From a virus (Duplodnaviria; Caudoviricetes), in the IMG/VR virus record IMGVR_UViG_3300010316_000017, positions 1-43,079 of that record: DNA of 43,079 nt. One strand, written 5' to 3'. This document shows positions 10,656 through 19,678 of this stretch, piece by piece. The translations under genes and the position numbers were made by a program. Within the stretch, counting starts at the first letter, position 1; the number at the start of each line of letters is the position of its first letter. The notes beneath the pieces are model-generated. The model saw only the letters and a list, made by a program, of their open reading frames with translations, was not told the origin of the DNA and made no database searches.

Positions 10656-11525
10656 TTATCTTCTATATCTTGAGGGCCTGTTAACCCTCTTCCTATTAAA
10701 TGATGTTTTAGCGTCTAAAAGACCATCGATCTCGTTATCTGTTATATTTTCTGGAATGCTCGCCGCTTGTATAAGACGTCCTGCTTCCGCTGTTACAAAG
10801 GCTAAAGAATTAGCTGCCCCTTGATCCCCTTTTAAAGATCTTTTAAAAAGCACGTACTTGGCTATCATAATAGCTAATGCATTGCTTTGTTTTCGTGTTA
10901 TTAAAGGAAATCCCTCCGCATCCACGGATATACCGGTATAAGCCAATGCCAGTATAGAACCAGCGAACTTGGCGTCCACAGAAATAGTTTTTCTGTCTAC
11001 GAGATGGTATGATATGTAACCATCTTGTTCTGTAGGATCTATAAATCTAGGCGCATTAGGTGTCTTATATGCGGGACTTTCTAGGGTCTGACCATGCCCC
11101 AGATTATCATTATCTAATGCCGCGAGAGGATGCGCTGTACCAGAGTGCCTGTTTACTATAGGGTTTGGATGAGGTCTCGCACTCTCCATAATAGCGGTAG
11201 CTGTATAATAAGCATCAGTACCTACTAAGGTATGCGTATCGTACTCAACTCTAGTGCTGAAGTTTTTGATACCCATCTTACGAGTTACTAAAGCGTCTAT
11301 ACAGTCTATATTACAAGGTAATAAAGCATTTCCAACTTTATCTATTTCCAAGAAGGCTATATATTCTGTTGTTCCATAAGTACTTATATCTCGTAAAAGA
11401 TCTACAGCCATATCTAAATAATCGTACTCATCGACTGTAAGCCCGTATTTACTGCTTAGAACAGGTATTCCAGATCGTATATTCAGTTTATGCTCGTTTA
11501 CTGCAGCATTTCTTTGTGCGCTCAT
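10656..11525 (-). CDS. Tail ring / tail tubular protein
   Basis: 289 aa with LPCNIDCIDAL and LALAYTGISVDAEGFPLI motifs typical of crAss-like tubular (ring) proteins. Located in the tail module. Confidence 0.6.
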   Translation of the reverse strand: MSAQRNAAVNEHKLNIRSGIPVLSSKYGLTVDEYDYLDMAVDLLRDISTYGTTEYIAFLEIDKVGNALLPCNIDCIDALVTRKMGIKNFSTRVEYDTHTLVGTDAYYTATAIMESARPHPNPIVNRHSGTAHPLAALDNDNLGHGQTLESPAYKTPNAPRFIDPTEQDGYISYHLVDRKTISVDAKFAGSILALAYTGISVDAEGFPLITRKQSNALAIMIAKYVLFKRSLKGDQGAANSLAFVTAEAGRLIQAASIPENITDNEIDGLLDAKTSFNRKRVNRPSRYRR

Positions 11526-11535
11526 ATTTATTTAT

Positions 11536-12210
11536 TTACAGTTGTTGAACGTTAGGTTTTTGATGCATCTTCAGCTGTCTGTAGTAGTTAACATACTTTT
11601 TCGTCAACATATCAATAGCTTCTTGCTGTACTATTAAAGGGGCATAGAACTCAGCATTAGAGAACTGCTCGTAGTAATCCGTGTTCAATAAGTCATAAGG
11701 ATTATCTAGTAACATCTCAATAGAAATAAATTTAAGGTTATTGTATTTTCCCATATTAAACAAGAAAACATCATAGGTTCCATCACTGTTTGCCGTGGTG
11801 CTTACCCAGGCAAATGGTCCTTTACCTGTAGCTAACCTGAATTTATGAAACCTGTATTCCCTGTCAAAATATATCTTAAAATCCAATATTCCGTCCATGG
11901 AGCCTAGGTAAGATATAGGCATGTCAGCGAATCTATTTATATTTGGGATGGTAAAATGAGGTGGGGCCACATTGGTTGGAACGTCACAGTTACTTGAAAT
12001 ATCCTTACAAGCTACACGTATACCATCAATTCTTTGGTGAAGTCGTTTTAAGTCTAAGGTGCCTTGCTCAGAGAGTTTAATAATTACACTCGAAGCAGTT
12101 AGAATAAGCTCATCTTGAAGTTGTTCTAGAGAAAATGCTAGTACGTCTACACCATCCATTCCACCCATCGTATTGTTACGCACTGCTGCGGCCATCTGAA
12201 CTAAGGTCAT
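11536..12210 (-). CDS. Tail ring protein
   Basis: 224 aa. N-terminal MTLVQMAAAVRNN...FSLEQLQDE and C-terminal KKYVNYYRQ...PN pattern. Located in the tail module. Confidence 0.55.
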   Translation of the reverse strand: MTLVQMAAAVRNNTMGGMDGVDVLAFSLEQLQDELILTASSVIIKLSEQGTLDLKRLHQRIDGIRVACKDISSNCDVPTNVAPPHFTIPNINRFADMPISYLGSMDGILDFKIYFDREYRFHKFRLATGKGPFAWVSTTANSDGTYDVFLFNMGKYNNLKFISIEMLLDNPYDLLNTDYYEQFSNAEFYAPLIVQQEAIDMLTKKYVNYYRQLKMHQKPNVQQL

Positions 12211-12238
12211 TGTCTATCTATTTAAAATGTTCATTAGT

Positions 12239-12269
12239 AATAATACTAAAAACAACGCACAAAAAAAAG
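12239..12269 (-). promoter_or_regulatory. Partial copy of putative late promoter (CTTTTT-N16-AGTATTATT)
   Basis: The AGTATTATT box is 28 nt upstream of the 12210 ATG. The upstream box is degenerate. Confidence 0.4.
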
Positions 12270-12295
12270 AGGCCTCTCATAAAGAAACCTCTTTT
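12261..12295 (-). terminator. Intrinsic terminator after auxiliary capsid-like gene
   Basis: Minus strand AAAAGAGGTTTCT-TTATG-AGAGGCCTCTTTTTTTT: stem followed by a T-tract. Confidence 0.8.
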
Positions 12296-12316
12296 AAAAT
12301 TATACTCAGAGACCTA

Positions 12317-13231
12317 TTACAGTCCAGATACTATTGCAAGTAAATTTTGAACTCCTACAGATTGTCCACCTGGTGTAGCAACAACGCCTGCAGTAAGCAA
12401 GGCAGTGTTTACATACATGATATATTCTCTATTGGCATATGAGGTCGCTACGTTAGCGTCTTCACGTCCTAATGGAGCATGTGGTTCCCAACCTGGGCTG
12501 TCTTCTTGAGCAGCCATAGAAAACTTCAAAGTCGCGTACGTACCACGTACATCAACAGCTTGGTTTCCTCCGAACTGAATCCCGTAAGGATCGACATTAT
12601 CAAATGTCGCGTTTCTAACTTCCGCTTCAACTTGTTTTCCTAAACCAACCCCAACTGTTCCTAGAACAGTGTTTACAAAAGCAAGATTAGTAGGACGTGC
12701 GTCCGCATCAGCTGCGTTTGTAATCTCGATTCTCTCAACATTTATTCCTTCGTATCCAGCATTCATTTCGAAGATGAAGTTGTTAGCCGTTCCAGAATTA
12801 GTGAATGTCCCTATGATGTCGTTGAAGTTGCCTACAACAGCTCCAGCTACTAAGGCATCACCTAACTTATCGTTAGCTGCCAAAATACCTGATTGGTACA
12901 TCAATCCTCCTGAACCTCTCTCTGGGAAAATCTCAGATAAAGGACGCTCAGTCGCTGTAAAGAAAATACGTACGTTATACGCATTACCTGCTAAAGTCGC
13001 TGCCGGTCCTGTAACCGTAACTTTTGCACGAGTTGCTGCGACAGCATCCGCTGTCCAGTTTGTTGCTGCATCTGTGGCAGCTGCCCTAACTACAAATTTA
13101 CCAAATCCTGGGATTGATACGTAATCCGTAACTACCGCTGCAATTCCTGTTGCAACACCTGTCGCTGCTGTGATTGCTTCTACGTCTGCTAAGTTGTTCA
13201 ATACAACTTGTCTGTAACCTAAATTAAACAT
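12317..13231 (-). CDS. Putative auxiliary capsid (decoration) protein
   Basis: 304 aa, rich in A/T/G/V, with codon usage like the MCP and its own terminator. Position matches crAss auxiliary capsid genes. Confidence 0.5.
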   Translation of the reverse strand: MFNLGYRQVVLNNLADVEAITAATGVATGIAAVVTDYVSIPGFGKFVVRAAATDAATNWTADAVAATRAKVTVTGPAATLAGNAYNVRIFFTATERPLSEIFPERGSGGLMYQSGILAANDKLGDALVAGAVVGNFNDIIGTFTNSGTANNFIFEMNAGYEGINVERIEITNAADADARPTNLAFVNTVLGTVGVGLGKQVEAEVRNATFDNVDPYGIQFGGNQAVDVRGTYATLKFSMAAQEDSPGWEPHAPLGREDANVATSYANREYIMYVNTALLTAGVVATPGGQSVGVQNLLAIVSGL

Positions 13232-13320
13232 ACTTTAAATTATTTTGTTGTCCCACTTACCAGCTACGTTAGGACGTTTATATAATATTTATATAAGACC
13301 GGAGCTGGAATCCCCGCCTT

Positions 13321-14061
13321 TTACTTTTGTTGAGCTCCTTTTGCTACAGGATCGTTTATTGTTTGGTTAATACCAACATGTGGTTCTAACCTAGGATCAG
13401 ATCCTCTCTCGAGCAAGAGCCTAATCAATATTTTAACTATCTCATCTCCGACATCGGATGTAAATTCTAATACCTGAGATTCATCGATATCTGCAGCAAC
13501 TTCTTCTTCAAGTAAATCAACCTTCACAGGATGCCTCAGATACTCAATTACTATATTACTTATTTCTACCCAGGAAGGTAAAGATAAACCCACATCAATT
13601 CTAATTTTATTGTTTGTTATATCAAAATAAGGCCTATAAAACTTCGGTTCTAGGTATACATTGTTAAGCAAACCATTCTTAATAGATGTAGACATTCTAG
13701 TAACCTTATAAGATTTGGATGTGTTAGCAAGTTGATCGCATCCAATAACAGGGCGCGTCGTAGTTGCTGTTAGCGTGCACCCTATTAAATGTCTATAAGG
13801 TTTGTCTAAAGGATCGTCTCCAGCATGCACATCGTCAAGAGCCGTTTCCATAGCAGTTCCTGCTGGATAAGATTCTTTCCAAAAACGTAAGTCATCCGTA
13901 AATTGTTGTGTAAGCTCGAAAAGTTCATATCGAAGTTTCATATACTCGCTGATAGCTTTATTGAAGTAGTAATTATAGTCCTCCATATAAAATGTAGGGG
14001 CCTCTTCTTTTACTAATTCAGTTAAAACGTCGATATAAACTTCTCTAGCTGTTTTATACAT
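13321..14061 (-). CDS. Tail ring / head-tail connector protein (crAss gene 74-like)
   Basis: 246 aa. TAREVY..VLTELVKEEAP...YNYYFNKAI...IEYLRHP...LLLERGSDPRL. Two genes downstream of the MCP. Confidence 0.6.
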   Translation of the reverse strand: MYKTAREVYIDVLTELVKEEAPTFYMEDYNYYFNKAISEYMKLRYELFELTQQFTDDLRFWKESYPAGTAMETALDDVHAGDDPLDKPYRHLIGCTLTATTTRPVIGCDQLANTSKSYKVTRMSTSIKNGLLNNVYLEPKFYRPYFDITNNKIRIDVGLSLPSWVEISNIVIEYLRHPVKVDLLEEEVAADIDESQVLEFTSDVGDEIVKILIRLLLERGSDPRLEPHVGINQTINDPVAKGAQQK

Positions 14062-14068
14062 TTATATT

Positions 14069-15064
14069 TTACTTCTTAGGTCCTTCTTTTTTCTTGTTAA
14101 TAGCGGCTGCTTCAGCGGTTCCTTTACTAGGATTAGCAACATCGTCCAAAACATTGGTAGGCTCATCTACAAAAACCTCTAAAGAACCATTTCCAATAGC
14201 TTCAAATACCGGCTCTTCCTTCTCAGCACTTTGAGAGTCTAGCTCATCCTCTGAACTATCTCCAACAGCCTCATTAGCCAAAGGTGATTTGCTTATCTGC
14301 TTAGTACCATAGGTCACAGCTTCAATAGCTCTTGTGGTTCCTGTGTTTTTAGGGTTGGCAAAGAAAGATATTACGGCTTTTTTATCTACCCCTAATAATA
14401 TTTCCCCGAATAAGTACACCCCATTTCTAAGATTTATAATTTCTTTTTTTATAGCGTGCATATATAAAAGCTCTAGCGAAAATGTCGCGTTCTCATATAC
14501 CTGTGCTACCTTTCCTGGATCTGTCTTAACCATGTCAAGTAAGTACTCCTTCACTTCAGAGATCACCTCTCTGCTCATATCTACACCTAGAATACTTACA
14601 CGATTGTATAAATTCTCATTAGAGTCGTTAAATATGTAATTCTCAAGCTTGTTTTTCTGGGCTGCGGCGTCAACTTTCTTAGCAGATTCAAAACCCGGTC
14701 TGTGTATATAGAAATAAGCTCCAGGAGTGGCCTGCCCTTGCGCATAGTCATTAGCAATTTCTCTGCAATGTTTCATCCATACCCAATCTTTTGCCCAATG
14801 CTCTAGGTTAGTGTCAATCTCCATACCATCAGTAAGTTTCATCTTACTCTCTATAGTAGGTACATAACCCATTTTTAATTTTTCCATTTCTGGAATGTTC
14901 TCTTGAATCCCCATGTACCTCCCATTATGATCTTTAGCGGGAGAGATCGTACATTTATCGTCTTTATAAAACGATTTAAGGGTAAATTTTTTATCGTTTG
15001 GAGTTCCACCAGCTAATTGTTCAGCTGTAATCCCAACGGTATTTTTGTTTATAATAGTTTCCAT
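14069..15064 (-). CDS. Conserved crAss-like protein downstream of MCP (gene 75-like)
   Basis: 331 aa directly after the MCP. AYFYIHRPG and GVYLFGEILLG motifs, with an acidic low-complexity tail. Confidence 0.55.
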   Translation of the reverse strand: METIINKNTVGITAEQLAGGTPNDKKFTLKSFYKDDKCTISPAKDHNGRYMGIQENIPEMEKLKMGYVPTIESKMKLTDGMEIDTNLEHWAKDWVWMKHCREIANDYAQGQATPGAYFYIHRPGFESAKKVDAAAQKNKLENYIFNDSNENLYNRVSILGVDMSREVISEVKEYLLDMVKTDPGKVAQVYENATFSLELLYMHAIKKEIINLRNGVYLFGEILLGVDKKAVISFFANPKNTGTTRAIEAVTYGTKQISKSPLANEAVGDSSEDELDSQSAEKEEPVFEAIGNGSLEVFVDEPTNVLDDVANPSKGTAEAAAINKKKEGPKK

Positions 15065-15111
15065 GCTTATTTATATTTAACTTATTATTCATATTTCCTG
15101 CGTTTTTAGGT

Positions 15112-15141
15112 AAAATAAAGGGAGGACGCAGTGCCTCCCTC
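15112..15141 (-). terminator. Intrinsic terminator after major capsid gene
   Basis: Minus strand AGGGAGG-CACTGCGT-CCTCCCT-TTATTTT. Confidence 0.8.
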
Positions 15142-15171
15142 TAAGTTTTCTTACATCAAAGATACAATAGA

Positions 15172-16575
15172 TTATACTATTGACTCTTTAATTATAGCAG
15201 AATTGTAAGGATTGAAAATTACAGCTGCCGAGTATCCAAGTAAATGGTACTCACTTCCATCTACAGAAGTAGCTAGATCAACATTATTCTCTTTTCCTGT
15301 AAAACCACCCATACCCTTAAGACGCCCAGAAAGCATCTCACGGCCTTCCATGGTGAACATAGAAATACCTGAGTTAGTAGTAGTTTGGTCAATTCCAATA
15401 TTAATACAGAATCCGTATCCAGAGTATGGGTACTCATCAGATAAGATCTTATCTACCATGAAAACAACAGTGTTTCCTTGGAAAGTATAAGAATCGTAAT
15501 GAGCTCCAACCTTGATGCGGTTACCGCTATTGTTCGTGAAATAATGGCCTTCACCACCAATGAAACGTAAGTCATCACGTAGCAATCTACCTAACTGGTC
15601 ATACAATCTCTCGTTCACTACAAACGCGTACGTATTTCCAATTGAGTTAGTCGACTTTTCTCGCATTGCTGCCATTACATCTTCTAACCAACGTGTAGAA
15701 AGTACAGAGTAAGCAAACTTTTCACAGTAACGCTCGATCTGCTTGATCACACCATCTCCGATAGGCACATCTTGTCCCTTTTCGTCTTGCATCAAACACT
15801 TACCATTCGCGTCGAAATTGCTTTCTCCCCATAGTAAATGGTTTTCTCTCGCCCAAAGGTAAGATTCAAGTACGTCTTTTTCCAGCTTTTGAAGTCTGTA
15901 ATATTCGTACTCCACTTTTCCTCCAGTTTTCTTAGAACCACGCTCGATGTAATACTCTTGAGAAGCCGCATACTCAGATGACTGAACATCAGAAGACCTG
16001 TGTTTAGACATGTAGTTACGGTGAGTCTCAGTGTTGTATTGGTACTTAACGTACCCTCGAACAGAAAGTTCTGGATGATAATTAGAGCGAAAACGCGTGG
16101 TCTTCCCTTTTTTCAAGAAGGCTATATCCGGTGTAGCCCCTGAATTCGACACCATCTGAACTTTATAACGCCAAACTTTTGGTCCTCTAAACTGCGGCGG
16201 TGCCACCACAATCAATTGAGTTTGATTATCAAGAGCGAATGTTTCGTTCTTGTTGTAGTATTTCTCTACTAAATCAACATCAAAGATACCAGCCGTTGGC
16301 GTAGCATCTGCAGCGATCATTACACGCTTAATATAATTCACGTCAATCGTCCACTGAATAGCGTACGAATTGATTGGTGTAAAGCCTCCGACGGCTTTTT
16401 TGTTCGTGTACACGTTACGTAACCCTTCCGTTAAATTGGAAATGGTCAAACGCGGATACATACGTACTACTTGCCCCATTATATGCGGCTTCTCTCCTAG
16501 AAGAGTTCCGAAATGTTGGCGAGTACGTGTCGTATGTATGTTTTTGTCGATAAAACGACGGTCTACAATTCTCAT
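15172..16575 (-). CDS. Major capsid protein (crAss-like, HK97 fold)
   Basis: 467 aa with biased codon usage. Motifs SNYHPELSVRGY, HRNYMSKHR, PIGDGVIKQIE, GAHYDSYTFQGNTVVF and C-terminal GYSAAVIFNPY match crAss-like MCPs. It follows an acidic scaffold-like gene. Confidence 0.85.
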   Translation of the reverse strand: MRIVDRRFIDKNIHTTRTRQHFGTLLGEKPHIMGQVVRMYPRLTISNLTEGLRNVYTNKKAVGGFTPINSYAIQWTIDVNYIKRVMIAADATPTAGIFDVDLVEKYYNKNETFALDNQTQLIVVAPPQFRGPKVWRYKVQMVSNSGATPDIAFLKKGKTTRFRSNYHPELSVRGYVKYQYNTETHRNYMSKHRSSDVQSSEYAASQEYYIERGSKKTGGKVEYEYYRLQKLEKDVLESYLWARENHLLWGESNFDANGKCLMQDEKGQDVPIGDGVIKQIERYCEKFAYSVLSTRWLEDVMAAMREKSTNSIGNTYAFVVNERLYDQLGRLLRDDLRFIGGEGHYFTNNSGNRIKVGAHYDSYTFQGNTVVFMVDKILSDEYPYSGYGFCINIGIDQTTTNSGISMFTMEGREMLSGRLKGMGGFTGKENNVDLATSVDGSEYHLLGYSAAVIFNPYNSAIIKESIV

Positions 16576-16609
16576 ACTTGTAAATTAAAATATTAATACT
16601 CCAGTTAAA

Positions 16610-17815
16610 TTAATCGAATAGCTCAGTTTCGTCAAGTTCTTTTCCGAAACTAATAGGCCCTCCGTCGGGTTGTGTCGTATTCTGCGTATAACCACCCCTG
16701 TCCGCTCCTATAATTGTAGGGTTTTCAGGCATTCCATTGATACTCTGCTGGTATCCTTTTTTAGCTGCTACAGAAACCTCTTTTTTCCAATATTCATTTA
16801 GGTTTTTTATGTAGTCTTCTCCATATGTTAAAAACCAATTGGCTTTAAACGCTTGTTCAGGATCTGCAAAAATCTTCTCCATAAGGATAGGATCGTTGTG
16901 CTCATTAAGCTCCATTAAGTCATGCAGTAAAAATTCTTTAACGTCGTCGGTCAAAGGAGAGCCTGCTATATTATCCATATTATCAACCACAGTGGCAATA
17001 TCCTGTCGTTGACCTTCTATTTGAGTCATATAAGCGCCGTCTCTCTGCTCTTTCAAGTTGTCGACTAGCTCTTCTTGCCTTGTTATATAATTTTCACGCA
17101 TACCCTCTGTTAATTCAGTATACGTAGAAAGCTGCTTAGCTTTTTCTAACTCATCTACTAAGTCACCATCAGTGAAATCAGGTTTAGTTTCACGCAGATG
17201 CATCAGATAAATGTCATCGTCAGCTATTTTTCCAAAGTCTAATGTAGATGCATTCCGCTCAGATACTATTGTATCCATTCTATGGTCAACAATATCATTT
17301 ACAAAATCCTCTACATTCGCAGCACCACTCTCTCTTAAAGCATTTAGAAAGGTGATCTCACTGTCATTTAAATCAAATTTATCCTCTATAGTAGGGACTG
17401 AACTATTTACCAAAGAACTTAATACTTCTCTTTGTCCCTCCGCAGTCAACTCATTAAAGTGAGCTGAATTGCCGTCATCAAATTTTATAATACCTCCTCT
17501 TACACCATAGGATCCTAGAAATAAATCTATTCCTGAGAGTTCTGAGTCTCCATCTGTTCCTGGTTGCCCTATTGGTCCAGGTGACAGGCCTTCTAGATCT
17601 GCAGCATCTAGCTGGATTCCAACTGGTCCCGGCTGTCCGCTAGGCCCTTCAGGACCTTCTGTATTTGTAGTACCTTCCGTACCCGCAGTTGGATCATCCA
17701 CATACTCTCCTCCTAAATTACCCTCTGCTCCAGTGTCGGCTCCTTCTATAGCTACACCATCATCAAATAGTTCGGTTTCGTCAACGACTCCGCCTCCTTG
17801 AAATTTTTTCTTCAT
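16610..17815 (-). CDS. Acidic putative capsid scaffolding protein (crAss gene 77-like)
   Basis: 401 aa, very acidic and helical, immediately upstream of the MCP. Contains a short G-X-Y stretch and DETELFD at both termini. Confidence 0.6.
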   Translation of the reverse strand: MKKKFQGGGVVDETELFDDGVAIEGADTGAEGNLGGEYVDDPTAGTEGTTNTEGPEGPSGQPGPVGIQLDAADLEGLSPGPIGQPGTDGDSELSGIDLFLGSYGVRGGIIKFDDGNSAHFNELTAEGQREVLSSLVNSSVPTIEDKFDLNDSEITFLNALRESGAANVEDFVNDIVDHRMDTIVSERNASTLDFGKIADDDIYLMHLRETKPDFTDGDLVDELEKAKQLSTYTELTEGMRENYITRQEELVDNLKEQRDGAYMTQIEGQRQDIATVVDNMDNIAGSPLTDDVKEFLLHDLMELNEHNDPILMEKIFADPEQAFKANWFLTYGEDYIKNLNEYWKKEVSVAAKKGYQQSINGMPENPTIIGADRGGYTQNTTQPDGGPISFGKELDETELFD

Positions 17816-17850
17816 TATCTTATTTTTCTTATTAGTTATTACTCTACAAC

Positions 17851-17881
17851 AATACTACTCATTAATTTATAAAAAGTAAAG
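17851..17881 (-). promoter_or_regulatory. Putative late promoter CTTTAC-N16-AGTAGTATT
   Basis: Bipartite motif with fixed 16 nt spacing, also found at 22744, 28520 and 32355. Lies 35 nt upstream of the scaffold ATG. Confidence 0.6.
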
Positions 17882-17901
17882 CTGCAGTTTATTTATACTA
17901 T

Positions 17902-18378
17902 TTACCGAGAGTCCTGAGATCCCGCTCTAATCACTAAAACCAGGTTCCCGTCTTGGTTATTTGCTGTAGTAATAAAATGCGCTGTCGAGTTCGCGGGCAC
18001 CAATATAATCTTATAGGTTGCTAAATCTATTGGAGCTACTGGAAGATTTGAAGACGTCTCAGGTAAAGGTTGATTCTCGTCTATAAACTGATACTGTGGA
18101 TTAAAATAAATAAAACGATCGCTCGCTGTATTATTTAAAATAGATATTTCATGTAAGCTACTTTCTTTCAAAGTACCTCCTACCCAAGCCTCTACTACTC
18201 TTACCCCAGCTTCAGGGTCCGTTGTCCTGCTAGTACTCGTTGGGGACACTGTCCAGTTCTGCAGAGTATGCCTATTTTTAAAATCAGGAGTGAATGTAGG
18301 CGTCATTATAACGCTCAGCTGTTCGCCATCATCTATGTAATTATTCCTGAATGTTCTGTACCCGTTAGTTAGTCCCAT
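17902..18378 (-). CDS. Hypothetical virion structural protein
   Basis: 158 aa beta-rich ORF coupled to its neighbours between portal and scaffold. Confidence 0.55.
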   Translation of the reverse strand: MGLTNGYRTFRNNYIDDGEQLSVIMTPTFTPDFKNRHTLQNWTVSPTSTSRTTDPEAGVRVVEAWVGGTLKESSLHEISILNNTASDRFIYFNPQYQFIDENQPLPETSSNLPVAPIDLATYKIILVPANSTAHFITTANNQDGNLVLVIRAGSQDSR

Positions 18379-18635
18379 CGTCTGATATCTTTAGTTAACG
18401 TCTTAATATTGTTATAGAGCCTCTCCACAATCCTATTTTCGACAATTGTAATATTTAATCTTAATTCATCTAATGCCCCTAGATACGCTAGCAACATTGT
18501 AGATCGCGTCTGTTTTTTATTGAATATGTCTACATCTCCAGATATACGGCTCCTATCCGCGATCTGGAATTGCAGCTCTGCAATGGCTTCGTAAGCATGG
18601 TCTACCGCTGACCAAACATCTTGTAATGCTATCAT
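18369..18635 (-). CDS. Small helical protein, possible tail hub/collar component
   Basis: 88 aa helical ORF, co-directional and tightly packed in the portal-capsid interval. Confidence 0.5.
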   Translation of the reverse strand: MIALQDVWSAVDHAYEAIAELQFQIADRSRISGDVDIFNKKQTRSTMLLAYLGALDELRLNITIVENRIVERLYNNIKTLTKDIRRWD

Positions 18636-18644
18636 ATCTTTAAT

Positions 18645-19676
18645 TTAACAGTTCCTAGCCAAATCTACTTTTTTGTTAAGGCACATCGTTCTAGCTGATT
18701 CCATTATTACCTGGGCTTTCTCAAATATACCATTTTCAAAGAAAACATATGCCCCGATACGTTTAGCCGAAAGCTTTTGCCAATCCATGAACTCTATTCC
18801 AGTAGTACTATCACACGCAATATCAATAGCCTCCGCAACAATAGCGTCCCTAAGGGTATCTGTTACAAGGGCCTGAGAATGTAGATAAGTGTGGTTAGCC
18901 TGCCCTGTTTCTCCAGTATACCCACTTATCCAAAATAAAATACTTTCGTAATCATTGTTCTCTACCTGGTACTCCTTGAACTCGGTTCCAGCAGGGTCCG
19001 CGTTAGTTATGTGTATGCCCACCCCTAAAGAATCTTCTCCAAAAAGCCCGTCTACAGAAGCTTTAAATATAAAACCGCCCCTGGAATAATAATTATCTTT
19101 AAAAACAGGATTTCCAGGAACGCTGTCTCTAAATAAAACAAATGTATAAGAGTACCACCCATCTAAGTATACTTGTTTATATTCTACATTAGGCATATTG
19201 CTCACTACAGTAGGAAAAGCTCTTCTAGACTCTACTACGTAGTCTTTATTCCCCACATTCAAGTAGCCTTCAGAGTAGTTCAGAACATCTATCGTTCCGT
19301 TAAACATGCTAATTTCTATTACAACATCTTGTAGGGTAGCTGCATCCGTCACACTAGAAACCCCATTAGGATTATATGTAAGTATAGGAACATTATTCGA
19401 AGAGAAAGTGCCGCTATCTTGAGATACCACGGTAGAAAACATTCTATTAGAGTAACCTAAAGTACCGTTATACGTGGCGAACGCTACGTACGAAGATGGA
19501 TTCAGGTTTGGTACAGCATCGAAATTCACGTTATTAGGAGAAAACTTAAGAATCCTAGTATTAAGTTCTTCCGGATCAAAATAAACACCTGCAGCGTCTT
19601 TGGATAAATCTAATTTATACGCGTCCTCAGCAAGCTGTCCGTTACTATCCTTTACTAAAATATTCTTTATTTCCAT
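18645..19676 (-). CDS. Putative tail hub (fibre-docking) protein
   Basis: 343 aa directly after the portal. Beta-rich body with DGWYSY and a Cys-containing helical C-terminus (FEKAQVIMESARTMC), as in crAss hub proteins. Confidence 0.45.
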   Translation of the reverse strand: MEIKNILVKDSNGQLAEDAYKLDLSKDAAGVYFDPEELNTRILKFSPNNVNFDAVPNLNPSSYVAFATYNGTLGYSNRMFSTVVSQDSGTFSSNNVPILTYNPNGVSSVTDAATLQDVVIEISMFNGTIDVLNYSEGYLNVGNKDYVVESRRAFPTVVSNMPNVEYKQVYLDGWYSYTFVLFRDSVPGNPVFKDNYYSRGGFIFKASVDGLFGEDSLGVGIHITNADPAGTEFKEYQVENNDYESILFWISGYTGETGQANHTYLHSQALVTDTLRDAIVAEAIDIACDSTTGIEFMDWQKLSAKRIGAYVFFENGIFEKAQVIMESARTMCLNKKVDLARNC

Positions 19677-19678
19677 AA

